DNA of 63,141 nt from Rhynchobatus australiae (Eukaryota), in assembly GCA_034780895.1 (NCBI GenBank), contig JAUZTB010000066.1, forward strand, positions 25,343,219 through 25,406,359, read 5' to 3'. The translations under genes and the position numbers were made by a program. The notes under the pieces are model-generated. The model was not told the DNA's origin and made no database searches. It was given only the letters and a program-made list of their open reading frames with translations. How positions within the stretch are numbered: the first letter of the stretch is position 1; each line of letters opens with the position of its first letter. Of this stretch, positions 23,141 through 36,940 are shown piece after piece.

Positions 23141-26100
23141 ATTTGCCATTTTTTAATTTGGAAAGAACCCCTTAAAATGTAATACAATCTCTTTCCACAT
23201 TTCAAATGAACAATACATATAAAAAGTGAAAATACTTACCAACTTCTCTGACTGGCAGTGTTGAGACGATCCCACAGACTCTCCTCAGTAAAGTCCCTTC
23301 ACTCACCAAAGCATACGCTGCACTCAGAGATCCGCTGTGAAAAGCCACACTGGTTTCTCCATCTCCTGTTTTTACACTTGAATAGTTCTTGTCCAGTTAC
23401 CTGGAGCTAATTGACCTCAATTGGTAAGGTCACAATTACATTTACAAAGGGGATTCCCCACTCAAAGTACTTTGTATGCCTCCTTGTGAAACTGCACACA
23501 TTTCAGCAAAAAATCAGACTCCAAGGATTTAACTGTAAAATTTTATTAGCTTTCACTATGGATAAACTTAAGTGAGGGTAAACTTGAGTCGCTCACCTGC
23601 ACTTGCCAAAGTCCACACTCTGAGACTGCTGCATTGAGATCCATTGCGAAGACGCACCTTGCCCAATCTTAAGAAATCATATAACTTGTTTTGACACTGT
23701 TTAGCACTGTTGGTTCCAGCGAAGAATTCCCTGGTGGCAATCAGCCAGTGTCACCTACAGGTAATCCTTAGAGGGTCTGTGTGGTTTGCTTAAAAAAAAT
23801 AAGCTAATGGTCATTGTTTGGCAGACTGTGTGCATCCAGCTTGGTTAAGGCACGATGTTCATTCCATGGGTATCTTTCGGTAACTTGATCAAGCCTGTTG
23901 TCTTCACGTATTAGGTCAGAGGCGCTATTTAATTTCAGGGTTGTTATCAAAAATGTATTTGAAATAAGCATTGGATAAAAGTTATATTGTTCCCTCAACT
24001 TTGTATGTAAGTAAATTGTTGATAGATCACTTGCAGGACTACTAAATACAAGGATCTGACAACTGTCATTAAAACTTTTAAACTGTAATAAACAAAACCG
24101 TCATATTGTTAAATGAATATTCAGGTATTTTATTGACTTCACTTACACACTTTACCATATTAACTGATTGTTGCCTTCCAATTATCCCTTGAGGTAGCAC
24201 TGGAAGAAAATAGAATTGTCCTTGCAGTTTGCTTCGGTCCATCCCCATCATTTGTAAGAATATTACTCAGTCTAGAATTTGCTTTGTATTAATTGGGTGA
24301 GACATCACTGAAAGCCACCATTGTGTTGCTCTGAGTGCAAATTTCCACTTAGTAATTTCGGTTCTGCCCATTGCTGTATGTGTGTGCTCCAGTGATCACA
24401 TCATTGAATGTGCCTCAGAAGGTATTGGCATGTTGCATATATGTTTGCAAAATTGGCCCCTTTTCTATCATTTGCACCACTATCATTACAAGTTTTCAAC
24501 CTTTTTGGAAGGTGCTCTGGGGATGAAATGCTGACAGTTCTGAAATTCCAGCAGTTCAGAATACTAAAACCTTTTAAATGATCTTAACACACCAAATGAA
24601 AGTGAGGAGGATTAATTTCCATTGACACNNNNNNNNNNNNCTCCCCCTTATTGTGTTTTACCTGCTAAGTATTTAAAATAAGCTACTTCCTCCTTGGAGA
24701 TCCAAGCTTCTTTTTCTGTCCCATAGTACTGATAATGGTTTACATGCACTGTGGCCTTGTTCTTTTCATTTTTTTTCTTGTTGGCTTGTGATGGGAAGTT
24801 GGTTATTATCTGAAGATAACTAATGGATAAGAAATACTATCTTGGTCTTTTTTTAAAAAATGCTTGTGATCCCCTTGCAGGGTGGTTGCTCTTCAGCATT
24901 TCCTCCTATGTTTCAATCAGTATTGGTCATGCATATTTGTAATATCAATTGGAGCAGATTCAAATGATAAAACATGCCATGTGACTTGGCTCTTTGTGAT
25001 CTGTTTAATTAGTAGTTTTGAATTCACAATTGTGTCCTTTCCCCACAACTAATGAATTTTAATGTCCAACCAAGTCTCCAAAGAGACAGACTAGAGATGA
25101 GCTACTTGTCCAAGACAGGGAGCAGAATAATCTGCTTGTTCCTTTTCAAGAAGTTGATAGCATGTGGTTTAACAATGATAATTTTAGGGATCTTTGTATC
25201 AATTTATTTGTGACATGGGGAACAGGAGTGGACTTAATGTGAAGTAAAATAATTAGCAAGTATTATAAATTGAAAACCCGTTGATGTTCCAGGAGAGGCG
25301 ATTGTATGCTTGTCCAGGCAATGACTGATGGGAAATAGCAATTTTTTTTTCTCTGCAGGGGGACCTGACTGTGTATAGCACTGCCCTCTATAACTCTGCT
25401 GCTGTGAATCACAGCACACATACAGCGGTGTCTGAGTCACAAGTCGGGTGGGGCAGAAAAGGAAAACAAATGCCTGCATGAGATTGATGTGATTCTGTTT
25501 CGGTTGTTCTTTATCTGCTTATTGATTTTTTTTAGGAGGAATGTAGGATGAAAAGGCAAGGCAAGTTTTAACAGTATATTGCCTGAGATGGTATTATCAA
25601 ATCTCCTTTCTGACAGGTTTTCTATGAGGAATGGCTAAAATTGGCGATAGTACATTGTATTTTTAATTCTTTTCTAGCCATACAGTCTGCCTTGACCTGG
25701 TGCATGTGCGGAAAGCTGTTTCACAATTGTCATTAATTATTGCAGGCTTTATGCTTGCAATGATAACAAATTAGTTATCCATTTTTTCTCTCTCTGCTTA
25801 ATAGNNNNNNNNNNNNNNNNNNNNNNNNNNNNNNNNNNNNNNNNNNNNNNNNNNNNNNNNNNNNNNNNNNNNNNNNNNNNNNNNNNNNNNNNNNNNNNNN
25901 NNNNGTTTCACAATTGTCATTAATTAGGGATATTTTAATATTACAATATTTTAACAGATAGCCTGAGTTTCTGATAACCTGCCTTTTGCTTCCTACTCTT
26001 TTTTATTTTGCTCTGCCTGCATCTCTACATCTTCCCCCACACATTGATCCCCATTTCTCCTTTATTGCTCCCTTTTGCATATTCTGTGGCACTCGCTGCC

Positions 26101-26384
26101 CACTCCTCAGAAATCTTGGTCTGTTATTGTGCTTTTAGCTTCAAATACTTTATCTGCCAGCAAACCCTCCTCGCTTCCCATCTGACATTCTTTTCAACCA
26201 TGCACAGCTTTTTATCCTTTCCATCACCCATTATCTTCCATCATTGAACAAAAGGACCCATCCCACAAATTTTTTTTAGCACTAAAAGAGGATAGTAAGC
26301 TAGTATGATGAGTAAAAATAGTTTTATAAATGGGTCACTGTATTACAGTTGGAGAGACAAATTATTTAATTGATTTTATCAGCT

Positions 26385-26770
26385 ACGAAAGCACAAGAAC
26401 ACAAGAAACCAGGTGTAGGAGTGGGCCACCAGGCCCTTTAAACCTGCCCTGTCACTCAATGTGACCATGGTGATTTATGTTGGCTTCAACTTCTCTTCTG
26501 TACCAGTCCCAGTAACTCTCAATAATTTCTCAATCTTTCAAATATTCAATTATCTCCACCATAAATATATCTAATGATCTGGCCTCCGCCATCCTTTTGG
26601 GGGGCAGTGAATTCTAGAGATTCTCTACCCTCTGAGAGAAAAAAAAATTCTACACACTTCAATTTTAAGTGACAGACCGCTCATTTTGTAGCTATGGCCC
26701 CCTTTTTATTTCTGACTCTTCCACCAGTGAGAACCTTCAACCTCTACTTGTCAAGCCCCCATGGGATCAA
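26385..26770 (-). mobile_element. CR1-like LINE 3' tail
   Basis: acaagaaacc..gtaggagtgggcca...gaattctagagattctctaccctctgagag, the reverse of the CR1 tail seen at 18.7-19.2 kb. Confidence 0.7.
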
Positions 26771-27049
26771 AGGTAAACCAAATAAAATGTGGGGTCAGAG
26801 CCCTAATTGGTAGACATAGTGCCTGATGCAGCTTTTGTTTGTGTGATACTCATTTTATAGACTATGCTTTCTAATTTACAATGCACTTTATAATTATGTT
26901 CATTTGTTATAAAATTAAAGTATACTTGGAAGCTGATGTAGAAAGGGCTTAAATCTTCCAGTAGAACATTTTACATGCCCAAAAAAAAGCTTCAATTTAA
27001 GCTGCTTCTAGTGGATGGAAAGATACTTGAAGCCCGTGTCCAGTACAAT

Positions 27050-27385
27050 AGCTGACTGCAGCTCTCTGCAGTGGGAGCTGCCTCTGATGCAGTACAGGTT
27101 GCACAGCACTGAGTGATGCTCTATAGGAGGAGCTACAATCCCTTTTCACTCCTTCCCCCAAGCAGTTGTACAGCTATGTGCACCTGCAGCAGAAAATCAG
27201 CTGATTGGACAAAGTCTGGAAAACGCTCCTGCTCCATTATTCACTTTCTAGGCAGTGTGTGTTCATCATTTTCTGTTTGATATCAGAGCAGCAGCGATGA
27301 AGGGGTCTGTGCCAAGGCTGGATAAATCCTCTGTGAATCCGTATAGGCTTCATGCACTGCAGAAACATACCAGCCTCCACTGAAC
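27050..27385 (+). promoter_or_regulatory. Putative proximal promoter / 5' UTR of the MSLAA isoform
   Basis: Repeat-free stretch directly upstream of ATG 27386 with a reverse CCAAT box CTGATTGG at 27201-27208. Possible acceptors (ttctAG 27251) mean it could instead be an internal exon. Confidence 0.35.
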
Positions 27386-27430
27386 ATGAGTCTGGCTGCT
27401 CACGTCAGCTGTTCTATGCTGAATTGCTTT
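27386..27430 (+). CDS. MTMR4: Alternative start exon MSLAAHVSCSMLNCF
   Basis: ATG at 27386, GTGAGT donor at 27431, phase 0. Closely resembles the recalled mammalian MTMR4 long-isoform N-terminus MSLTARVSCSMLSCF. Confidence 0.9.
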
Positions 27431-28378
27431 GTGAGTCTCTGCTGCTTTTTTTACTTCTATTGGCTTTGAGGCCTGTGCAGCCATGGGTTGCTAGATAATT
27501 TTTCAAATGCGACGTGAGAGGGAAAACAGGCAAGGAATCCTGAAAATCATGGAACGTATTGCTGGTATTGGGAAGGAAAGGATGGCTGGTGACTAAGCAT
27601 ATTCTGTTCCACAGNNNNNNNNNNNNNNNNNNNNNNNNNNNNNNNNNNNNNNNNNNNNNNNNNNNNNNNNNNNNNNNNNNNNNNNNNNNNNNNNNNNNNN
27701 NNNNNNNNNNNNNNTCCACAGGGCTGAGACAGACATTGCTTTCAGGTGATCATGTTGGTATGTGGCTCGGCGTTAATGAGGAGTGTTTCTGATGTATATT
27801 TTATTATTCTGATTTTTTTTTAATGTTTATTTGCTGCTTCACTCTTTTAATATTTCATTCGTTTTTCATTGTGGTTTATTATTTTCTTGCTCAAAGCATT
27901 TTTTAGGGCTATAATTTAAACAATATGATGCTTGAATCTTAAAGGAATGCAAAGTAAGGCCAGTATTTGTAAACTCAAAATTTGAAATGTGTTGATTTTG
28001 GTGACAGATAAGCAGTGCTGTTGGATATAGAATTGTTGACTATAGGGTGTCTCCAAAATTTCTTTATGTAACAAAAAAAATTACTGTTACTTCTGTCTGA
28101 AGCTCTGGCATGTTGGGAAGGGACTGTTATTATGACCTTTACAAATGCACCATTTAAAGTTATTGTGTGAAAGCAGTCAGTCTACAGTGGTTTTAATCAT
28201 TGCTGACCAAGATTATGTAAATACTGTGAGACGTACCTTTTGTTATATCTTCTGCACTGAGTTCCAGTGTCGATGCTCTTAAGGGTGTTTCCAGTCAGAG
28301 TTAAATAACTACTCAATAGTGTCACACAAATGATTCTTGATGAGCAAGATTTAAAATTCTGTGGTTGGAAAATCTAAG

Positions 28379-28720
28379 TTGATGGACTATCGAATATTAT
28401 GGCTTTAGTGGGAGGAAGCTCCAGATGTATACACTGTAGAGCACAATAGGATTTGGCTGGAGAGGGCCTGGCTTAATGGGATATAACGCACAATGGGGAT
28501 TGATATTGCAAGACCCAGACTGATTTAGAACACACAAGAGATTGCAGTAGCTGGTCCTGTTTGATGGATTGTAGAATATCGATGTTAGTGGAGGAGAGTT
28601 TGGTTTGATGGTTTATGAACTAGGATTTAGTAAGAAGGGACTGAATATATAGATCCCCAACACTATGATTGATATGAGAAGGCCCAGATTAATAGGTTGT
28701 GAAATATGGTAGAGATTCAT
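28379..28720. repeat. Degenerate ~47-bp tandem repeat
   Basis: Units start 28379, 28426, 28473 (47-nt spacing), with the pattern tt(g/a)atgg...tagaa...ggat(t)tag...ggccc(a/t)g. Confidence 0.45.
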
Positions 28721-30129
28721 GGACGGAGATCTGGGATGATTTACAAATTAAAATTGGTTTGTGAAGGCCAGGTGTTCAATATCTAATTTATATGGTAAAT
28801 GAAAAAAAATGAAAAAATATTTACAAAGTGAATTCATTACTAAGTTCCAAAAATTGGGATAACCTGTTTACATATGAAGGCAAAGTTGTACCTGGATTGT
28901 GTGAATGTGATTATGTGCATAGGCCAGTTTTACCTGGCATTATTTCTGAGAGCTTTGTATAAGTGCATGATACTGAACAGGTTCCTTGCTGCCTGATGCC
29001 AGCAGAATTCATTTGACGGGGTGTTGTAATTTTCATGATAAGTAATGAAAAGTACATTTGTTTGTACAGAAGTTATTTGTTGCAGAAGCAGAGTGAATAT
29101 TGCAGCTTGCACAAAAGATGAATTCCAGCTCCAATCTCATGATTATCCAATAACAAAATACTGAACATTGCATTCATCTGGCAAAGGCAGTGTTGTATAT
29201 TAAATATAGTAATTGTATAGCAACTCTATTAATCTTGCACTCTGTTTTCAAAATTTACTAATATTAAGCATGTATATTCCACAAAACACAATGTGCTGGT
29301 CATGTACAATGTACATTATACACTTGAATCAATGTTTTGTGCATGGCATTCAAAGTATGGGGTATATACGATGCACTTAATCCGTTGTACTTTGTTGCTT
29401 CATCATCCTTTGCCTGCCTAGTATTAGTATCTCAAATATATATGTTCTTTAGTAGTTTTCAACAACTAAACCTCTGTCAGCACTTGATGGTCAAGAATAA
29501 CTAGATTAACCTGGTTGATGGCTTTACGCAAGATATTTTGCAAGACAATTGCAACCATATCTGTTGCCCTTCTTACATCCCAGCTTGCATTTACTACTTT
29601 GGCTGTGCATACTTTTCCTTATGCACATCATTGCCCATGCTTTCTCAAAGGGGTATGTAAACCACTATAGCTCCATCATTCAAAACATTCTGCAGCAAGA
29701 CATCCTGATAACTAATAGGGGTATATTAAGCTGGCTCATTGTCTTCAATTCTTGCTGATCTGCACTTGCCTGGCTGGGCTGGATGCAGAGGGCTTATAGA
29801 GTTCAGTGCATCTATCAGGCATCGTGCGCAACAGAAGAGGTTTTGACATGTGGTAGGCCTTGGATGGAAGTCAGCTAATAGCTTATGACAAGGGGCACAT
29901 CTAGAGGCTGAGCTTGTCCGTGTGTCAGTTTTATACAACTGCAGTGTGACTTCCCTACTTTTTACTCGCCCTGACTGATGAAGGCAAGTATACCACAAGG
30001 CCTACATTACCATCCTATCTACTAATGTTGCCACTTTTGGTGAATTGTGGACTTGCACCCCAAGATCCCTTCATACATCAATGCTACTAAGAGTCCTGCC
30101 ACTTACTATATAGGCACTTAATATTCCAG

Positions 30130-33100
30130 AACACTGTTTGGAAAAAACAGGGAAGGGCAAAAATGGTGAGGATAGTGCTAATTAAGAAAGGTAATCTAGT
30201 GCTGGAGAAAGAGGATGTACCTGAGAGGTCAAATCCATTTGGTTAGAGTTAAGAAACCTGAGAAGAGCTATCATGCTACTTGTTGGGGGGGAGGCGGTGG
30301 CGGTGGATATTTGGTTATTCAGGGAGATAGTGAGGCATATCCACACATATTAGAGAAATGTAATGCAATGTTATGGTAACTTGTTAAACCAGAGTTGATT
30401 GGAATATTGTCAAAGTAAAGTGCATAGAATGGGAGGGATTTATGAAATGTGTTCGGGAGAATTTCTTCAATCAATAGGTTTCTGAATCCAATGAGGAAGA
30501 AGGCGTTGTTGGATCTGGGTGCTGGGATCAGCCAGTTGGACCGAGTGTCAGTAGGAGATCACTTAGGGAGCAGGAATCATTGGGTAATAATATTTTAGAT
30601 TAATGGAGGGAGGGGAGGAGGACTGTAAAATAATACTTCTAAATTAGAGGAGGGTTAATGTCACTGGCTTGAGAAGAGAGTTGGCCAGGACAAAATGGAA
30701 AGAAGTAGTTTAAAGTAGAAGTAGATTTTTGAAGAAGTGTATCTTTGAAAGATCAGGTGATAGAGGGCTATGGGGATCTGGCACAGAGGAGGATTTGAAG
30801 CCTAGGGTAGATCAGCCATTGGGGTAGGCTAAATAAATCAGGTGGCCTATGCCTATTTTCTTTTGAATATTGGTACATAACATTGTGACTAAACAATGGG
30901 TGAACCTTGGATGATAGTTCAGGCAAAAATTAGGTACATTCTTCAAGAGCCAATGGTAAGGGGATCAAACTGAGAAATCCCCAGATGACAAAAGCAATAA
31001 AGAAAATAATGCAAGAAAAAAAGTAGGGTCCTGATGCACATCAACTTCAGTGAGAACTTGGCTGAATGTAGTATTCTGAGGGAGGGAGTGAAAGGGAAAG
31101 TAAATTCAGGGAATATGAAAAGAAAATAGCAGTTAACAAAGGGGTTTCAAAAAATCTTCTCTAGGTGTGTACATATTAGGTGGAGGGATGGAGCCATGTA
31201 GACATGAAATAAGTAACCTATGCAGAAGGGATACCTGGAATACCGAAGTACTTTTATCAGTTTTAACCACTGGAGGGGATGCTGCTAAAATCTTGGTAGA
31301 ATGGAAAGTAGTAGAGATGGTGAATAGGGTAAAACCTGATGATAAAGTGGTACTTGCAAGGCTGGTTATGCTTAAAGTGAACAATTCGCCTGGTCTGTAT
31401 AGATTGCATCCTAGGTTGCTGAGGGACATCAGGGTAAAGGTTTCAGAAGGATCAATGATAATCGCCCAGTTCCCCTTGACCTCAAGGGAGGTGGTGGAGA
31501 TATTTGATCTTGATCTCAAAAAGGAGTGCAAGGACATGCAGTGCAGTCAAATTAATTTAGCCAAAGTGGTGGGAAAAAATTTTAAAGTATAGGGATGATA
31601 TTAATAGCCACTTGGAAGAGTTTGCATTGATAAAGAAGAGCCAGTAAGGATTTGTTAAATGCAAATAGTGTTTGATTGAGCTGATGGGACTTTTTCTTGA
31701 GGCTGAAGAAGAAGATGTAATGGATGTTGTCCCACACAGAAGACTACTCAGGAAAAAAAAATCAGGACTAAGCCCAGCTCTGACCTATTGAGGTCATGGT
31801 TGATCTCATACCTCAATACTGTTTCCCCATAGTATTACTGAATCTTTGATTCCCTTAATATCTAGAAATCTATCAATATCTGTTTTGAATGGCTGACACT
31901 CCACAGCCTACTGGGGTTGAGAATTCCAAATGTTTCCCACTCTTGAGTGAAGACTTTTCCTCATCTAGGTCCTAAATGGCCTACTACTTATTCTTAAATT
32001 GTGTCCCCAATCCTAAACTCAGGAGGGGAAACCATCTACCTGCATCTGGCCTGTCAAGTCCTTTGACTATTTCAGTAAAATCTCCTCTTGTTCTTCTAAA
32101 CTCTGGAGAACGTGTTCCCAGTCCACTAATTTTTTTCCTTTCAAATGGCAAGCTCAGTCCCTGGAGCCAGTCAGATGAATCTTCATTGAATGCCCTCTAT
32201 GGCAAGTACATCTTTTTCTCTGGTAAGAAGACCAAAACGGTACATGATACTTGTGTGCAATGTCACCCAGGCCCTATGCAATCTCAGTAAGATGTCCTTA
32301 CTTGTGCAATCAAAACCTCTCATTACAAAGGCTAGCACACCATTTATCCTTCTATTGCCTGCTGCATCCGCATGTCAACCTTAAATGATTTATGTACAAG
32401 CCCACTTAAATCCCTCTGAGTATCTGTACTAACCCACTCTCTCACAATTTAACAGATATTTTGCTTTTCTGTTATGTCCATCAAGGTCATTAACAGCAAG
32501 GACTGGAATTTGCTTTATTTACCATGGAGATCTGCCTTTGATTTTTAGTCTGGAGGATGGTAGGCAGTGATGTTTCCAAAGAGTTAGTGGTGGGACCAAT
32601 GCTTTTTTGTAATTATTGTACATTAATGGCCATGGCGCACAGTGTAAAATTTCCAAATTAAAGATAATGCAAAGCTTGAAAGTCTCAAAAATGGATAAAG
32701 CAGNNNNNNNNNNNNNNNNNNNNNNATGTCTTTCGAATGTGGGAGGAAACCGGAGCACCCAGAGGAAACCCATGCAGACACGGGAGAATGTACAAATTCC
32801 TTACAGACAGCGACGGGAATCTAGGAAACTATATTAAACAGTATAGCAAATAAAGAAAGAATTCATGGTGTACAAAAAAATTTGTGGCTAATGGGGGAAA
32901 TTAATGATAATGTTAAATGAAAGGAGGAGACTTGCAAAGTTGCCAGAAACAGCTGTGTGCCTTGGGGTTGGGAGCATTTTAGAACTTCACAAAGGAGGAC
33001 CAAGAAATTGTGAAAGAAGGAAGTCGAAGTCAAGTTTATTGTAATATGCACAGGTCCAATGAAAAATTTAGGTGCAGCAGCATCATAGGCACATAGCATC

Positions 33101-33770
33101 ACATAATTAGCATTCACAAGAAAAACATAAACATAAATTATACACATTTCTTACAAGAAAGAACACAAACAAAAACAGTCCATTTTCGTGCAAAGTGGTC
33201 ATAGTGATGCTAAACTGCAGTTGATTAGGGTTTTGCTGGTTGAATATTAAAGTAAATTAGCAAGAAATGTAAAAGCTTACTACAAAAGACTGCATAGTTT
33301 TGTAAATGGAGACTGGTGAGGGAAAATGTGGGTCCCTACAGACGGAGATGGAAGAATTTATAATGGAGTAAGTAAATAGCAGATTATACTTTGTCTATCT
33401 TCACAGGAGGATGCAAAATTACTGCCAGAAATACCAGAGAGCCAAGGGTCTAGTGTGAATGAGAAACTGAAGGAAGTTGGTATTAGTAAAACAAAAGTAC
33501 TGGAGAAGGTAGCAAGACTGAAACCTCATAAATCCCAAGAACCTGATGATCTGCATCCCAGTGTTTTGAAAGGTAGCTACGGAGATAGTAGATGCATTGG
33601 TAATTATGTTTCAATGTTCCATGGACTTTCCAAATGATTCCCTCAATTTGGAGGGTAACAAATGTGGCCCCACTATTTATGAAAGAAGGTAGAAAGAAAA
33701 TCGGGAATCCACCAACATGTTAATTTAACATTAGTATGCTGATATTAAGTGCTGGAATCTATAATGAACA
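30130..33770 (+). mobile_element. Cluster of nested CR1-like fragments (plus 30130-31720 and 32840-33770; minus 31760-32480), with a SINE piece (32726-32820) and a Rex1 tail (33030-33245)
   Basis: LKVNNSPGLYRLHPRLLRD and LKPHKSQEPDDLHPSVLK correspond to the CR1 KSPGPDGLHPRVLK motif; inserted tails match other copies in the window. Confidence 0.75.
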
Positions 33771-34406
33771 ATTTACTAACAGAACACCTAAGGCTTTGAG
33801 TGAGCTGGGACTTCTGTTTGTTAGTTTATATTTTTTCAATTATTTCTTGTTGATATTTCAGTCTATTCAATTCTGATTTTTGTTTTGAAAGCTCTTAATT
33901 ATAAACTCTAATGAGCACCCGAATGACTTAAGAAAATGATATACCAAGCAAAAGAAAAATGGTGTAGATGCTAGAAATCTGACAAAAACTGAACATGCTG
34001 GGAATACAGGCATCATCTGTGGAGAGGGAAAGAACTTTAGCTCACTTTCTTTCTAGAGAAGCTGCTTGATTTGTTGGGAATTTCTAGCACAGTGTGGTCA
34101 AATTCAAACCATGTACTCTAGAAGTCTGAGGAAAATTTGTTGATTAGGGTGTCAGGGGAGTACTCATTTACTGAAATATTTAAAGAAATTTTCTTTGTAG
34201 AAATGTAATATCCATTTTGGGTCAACATAGCAATGGGTCCCATTATTGTATTTTCAGTTAATATCGTACAGAATAAAAATGTCAACATTATTACCTTTTT
34301 CTAAGCCCACTTGTACCTATTGTGGTAGTTACCAAAATCTAGACATACCTCACGTGTTCTGAGGTCAATGTCCACCTTACTGACCTGTACCTGCTTTTGT
34401 TGACAG

Positions 34407-34496
34407 GGTGAGGAGGGGCCACCCAGTTTGGAGTACATCCAGGCCAAAGACCTATTCCCACGGAAGGATCTGGTGAAGGACGAGGAGGACCTGCAG
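34407..34496 (+). CDS. MTMR4: MTMR4 exon GEEGPPSLEYIQAKDLFPRKDLVKDEEDLQ
   Basis: ttttgttgacAG acceptor, CAG|GTACT donor, 90 nt, phase 0-0. Confidence 0.95.
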
Positions 34497-35779
34497 GTAC
34501 TTCTACAATGATGTTGTTCATGAATGGGGATTCGTCTGTCCTTGGAAGTGTGGGTCAAGCCTCCTTCCTTTTCTAGATTTGAAATCTGATGATGGTTGTG
34601 ATAGAGGGGGATGGAATGGGATTTCAGACATCTTGTTATAATAAAACTGAAGGAGGTTTAACTACTTTTCTTGACATGGTTTTCAAAGGTCTGCTTTTGA
34701 GACACTTTACATTAGCACTTGTCTTTGCAGTTGGATTAAAGTAATTTTAATTATTATAAGGTTCAGGGGAAAAAAGCAGCATTTGGCTTTATCACTCCAC
34801 CACTGAAGGCTGAATGGGCATCTTTGTTGTAATTTCTATGACATGCTCTTTTCTGATGCAACATCAAACATTGTGTTTGTTCTCACTCTGTAGTACTTTT
34901 GGAGTTAGCTTGTGGAAGAATGAAACAAATTCAAAGTAGAGGTTATGTAACACTCACTGCTTCAGCAGCTGGTTAGGATTGAGGGTAACTTGGTTCCACT
35001 CCTGGGGCAGAAGTGCCTGATGGGTTGAGCGAGTAGGTAGATTGTCAGGTAGTGTCTCCTGCCAATTTAGCAGGGTTTCTGCTCCTAAGTCAAGTTTCTC
35101 AGTGTCATTCCAAATGTACCATTTTCTACTTTGAGCAGTCACAGGACAGGGAATTTCAGGTGTCTGGGGATATTGAAATTTTCTGCAAGGAGGTTTTAAG
35201 CACGCCCTTGACTTTCTCAGCTTGGTAATCTCTTCCTGTGNNNNNNNNNNNNNNNNNNNNNNNNNNNNNNNNNNNNNNNNNNNNNNNNNNNNNNNNNNNN
35301 NNNNNNNNNNNNNNNNNNNNNNNNNNNNNNNNNNNNNNNNNNNNNNNNNNNNNNNNNNNNNNNNNNNNNNNNNNNNNNNNNNNNNNNNNNNNNNNNNNNN
35401 NNNNNNNNNNNNNNNNNNNNNNNNNNNNNNNNNNNNNNNNNNNNNNNNNNNNNNNNNNNNNNNNNNNNNNNNNNNNNNNNNNNNNNNNNNNNNNNNNNNN
35501 NNNNNNNNNNNNNNNNNNNNNNNNNNNNNNNNNNNNNNNNNNNNNTGTGCTACTAAATTGAAAGCTGTGGTGAATTTCATCAATATCTGCCTTTGCTGAA
35601 GGGTAGCTCCTAGAAATGGAAACAGTCCATGTTTGCAGCAAGCCCCTAGAAAACCTTTACTGTTGGGGGGGGACTGTTGTTATACAATGGGAACAGTTTG
35701 GTAGGGGTCTTTATGGATACTGAGTGCAAGGCCTGGCCTCTTCTGTGTATCATTGAACATATTGATGATGGCTTGGAGC

Positions 35780-36480
35780 TCAATTTCTGAGTGCTAGTAT
35801 AAGCATAGTGTTCATGCAGCAGCTCGACCACTGAGGTTTAGGTATCTTTGGTTCTGAAGTGTAGTTTCCATGGGTTGAACAGTTTCCCATTAGTTCTGAA
35901 GATTAACTCTATGGGGAAGTTTTTTGGGATGAGGTAAAGCAATGCATGAAGAAAGATTGAGGAAAGTGCCAGAATGACAATGCAGCCTTGTTTGACACTG
36001 ATCTTCAATAAGATTGGCTCTGTTGCAAACCTGTCAGTTAGGATCATGGCTTGCATGCTATCACAAAGCATATGCAAGGCAGGGGCAAATTGCTGCAGGC
36101 AGCAGAATTTGAGAACAATACTCCATACCTACCTCTTAATGAAGTCAAAGGCTGAAGGGAGGTTGAGAAAGGCCATGTGCTGCTCCCTGCATTTGTCTTG
36201 AGTTGTGAGGTAATGCAGAATGACAGTTAAGACCACTGTGCCTCTAGATGGATGGAATTCCCTGCATTTTGAGAAGCAGCTCCTCAGCCACTGTGAAAGA
36301 AGATGAGGAAGACCCTGGCACCGACTTTCTCTGCAGCAGGCAGGAATATCCCTCTGTAGGTTCCACAGTAGGACATCTCCTTTCTTCAAGGTGGTCACAA
36401 TCCCTTGGCATCTACGATCCCTTCTGGAGTATATTTCCCTTTACAGGTATTGACAGAGTGGATTTGTGACTGAAGGTCCT
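35780..36480 (-). mobile_element. RTE-clade LINE RT fragment
   Basis: QDKCREQHMAFLNLPSAFD and VKQGCIV..LSSIFL motifs on the minus strand. Confidence 0.7.
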
Positions 36481-36499
36481 CACTCCCAGGTTTGAGATT

Positions 36500-36940
36500 T
36501 CAAAGTCGAGTTTATAGTCGTATGTGCAAGTACGTATATGCACAGGTGCAATGAAAAGCTTACTTGCAGCAGCATCAAGTTGTACACAAGTTTTACAAGA
36601 AAGAACACAATTAGAACAAAAAAAGTCCATTGCAGTGCAAAGTGGTCATAGGGTTGCTTTACTGAGATAGTGATTAGGATTATGCAGGTTGGTTCAAGAA
36701 CCGAATGGTTGAAGGGAAGTAGCCGTTCTTGAACCTAGTGGTGTGGCACTTCAGGATTCAGTACCTCCTACGAGAAGATGGCATGGCCCAGATCTTTGGA
36801 TGTTGCTGCCTTGAGGTAGAGCTTCCTGTAGATACTACCGATCGTGAGGAGGGATGTGACCGTGATGTATTGGGCTGAATCTACTCCTCTGCAGCTTCTT
36901 GCATTCCTGTGCATTCAAATTGCCATACCAGACCATAATA
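36500..36940 (-). mobile_element. Rex1/Babar-like LINE 3' end
   Basis: Clearly homologous to 8432-8930. Confidence 0.8.
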
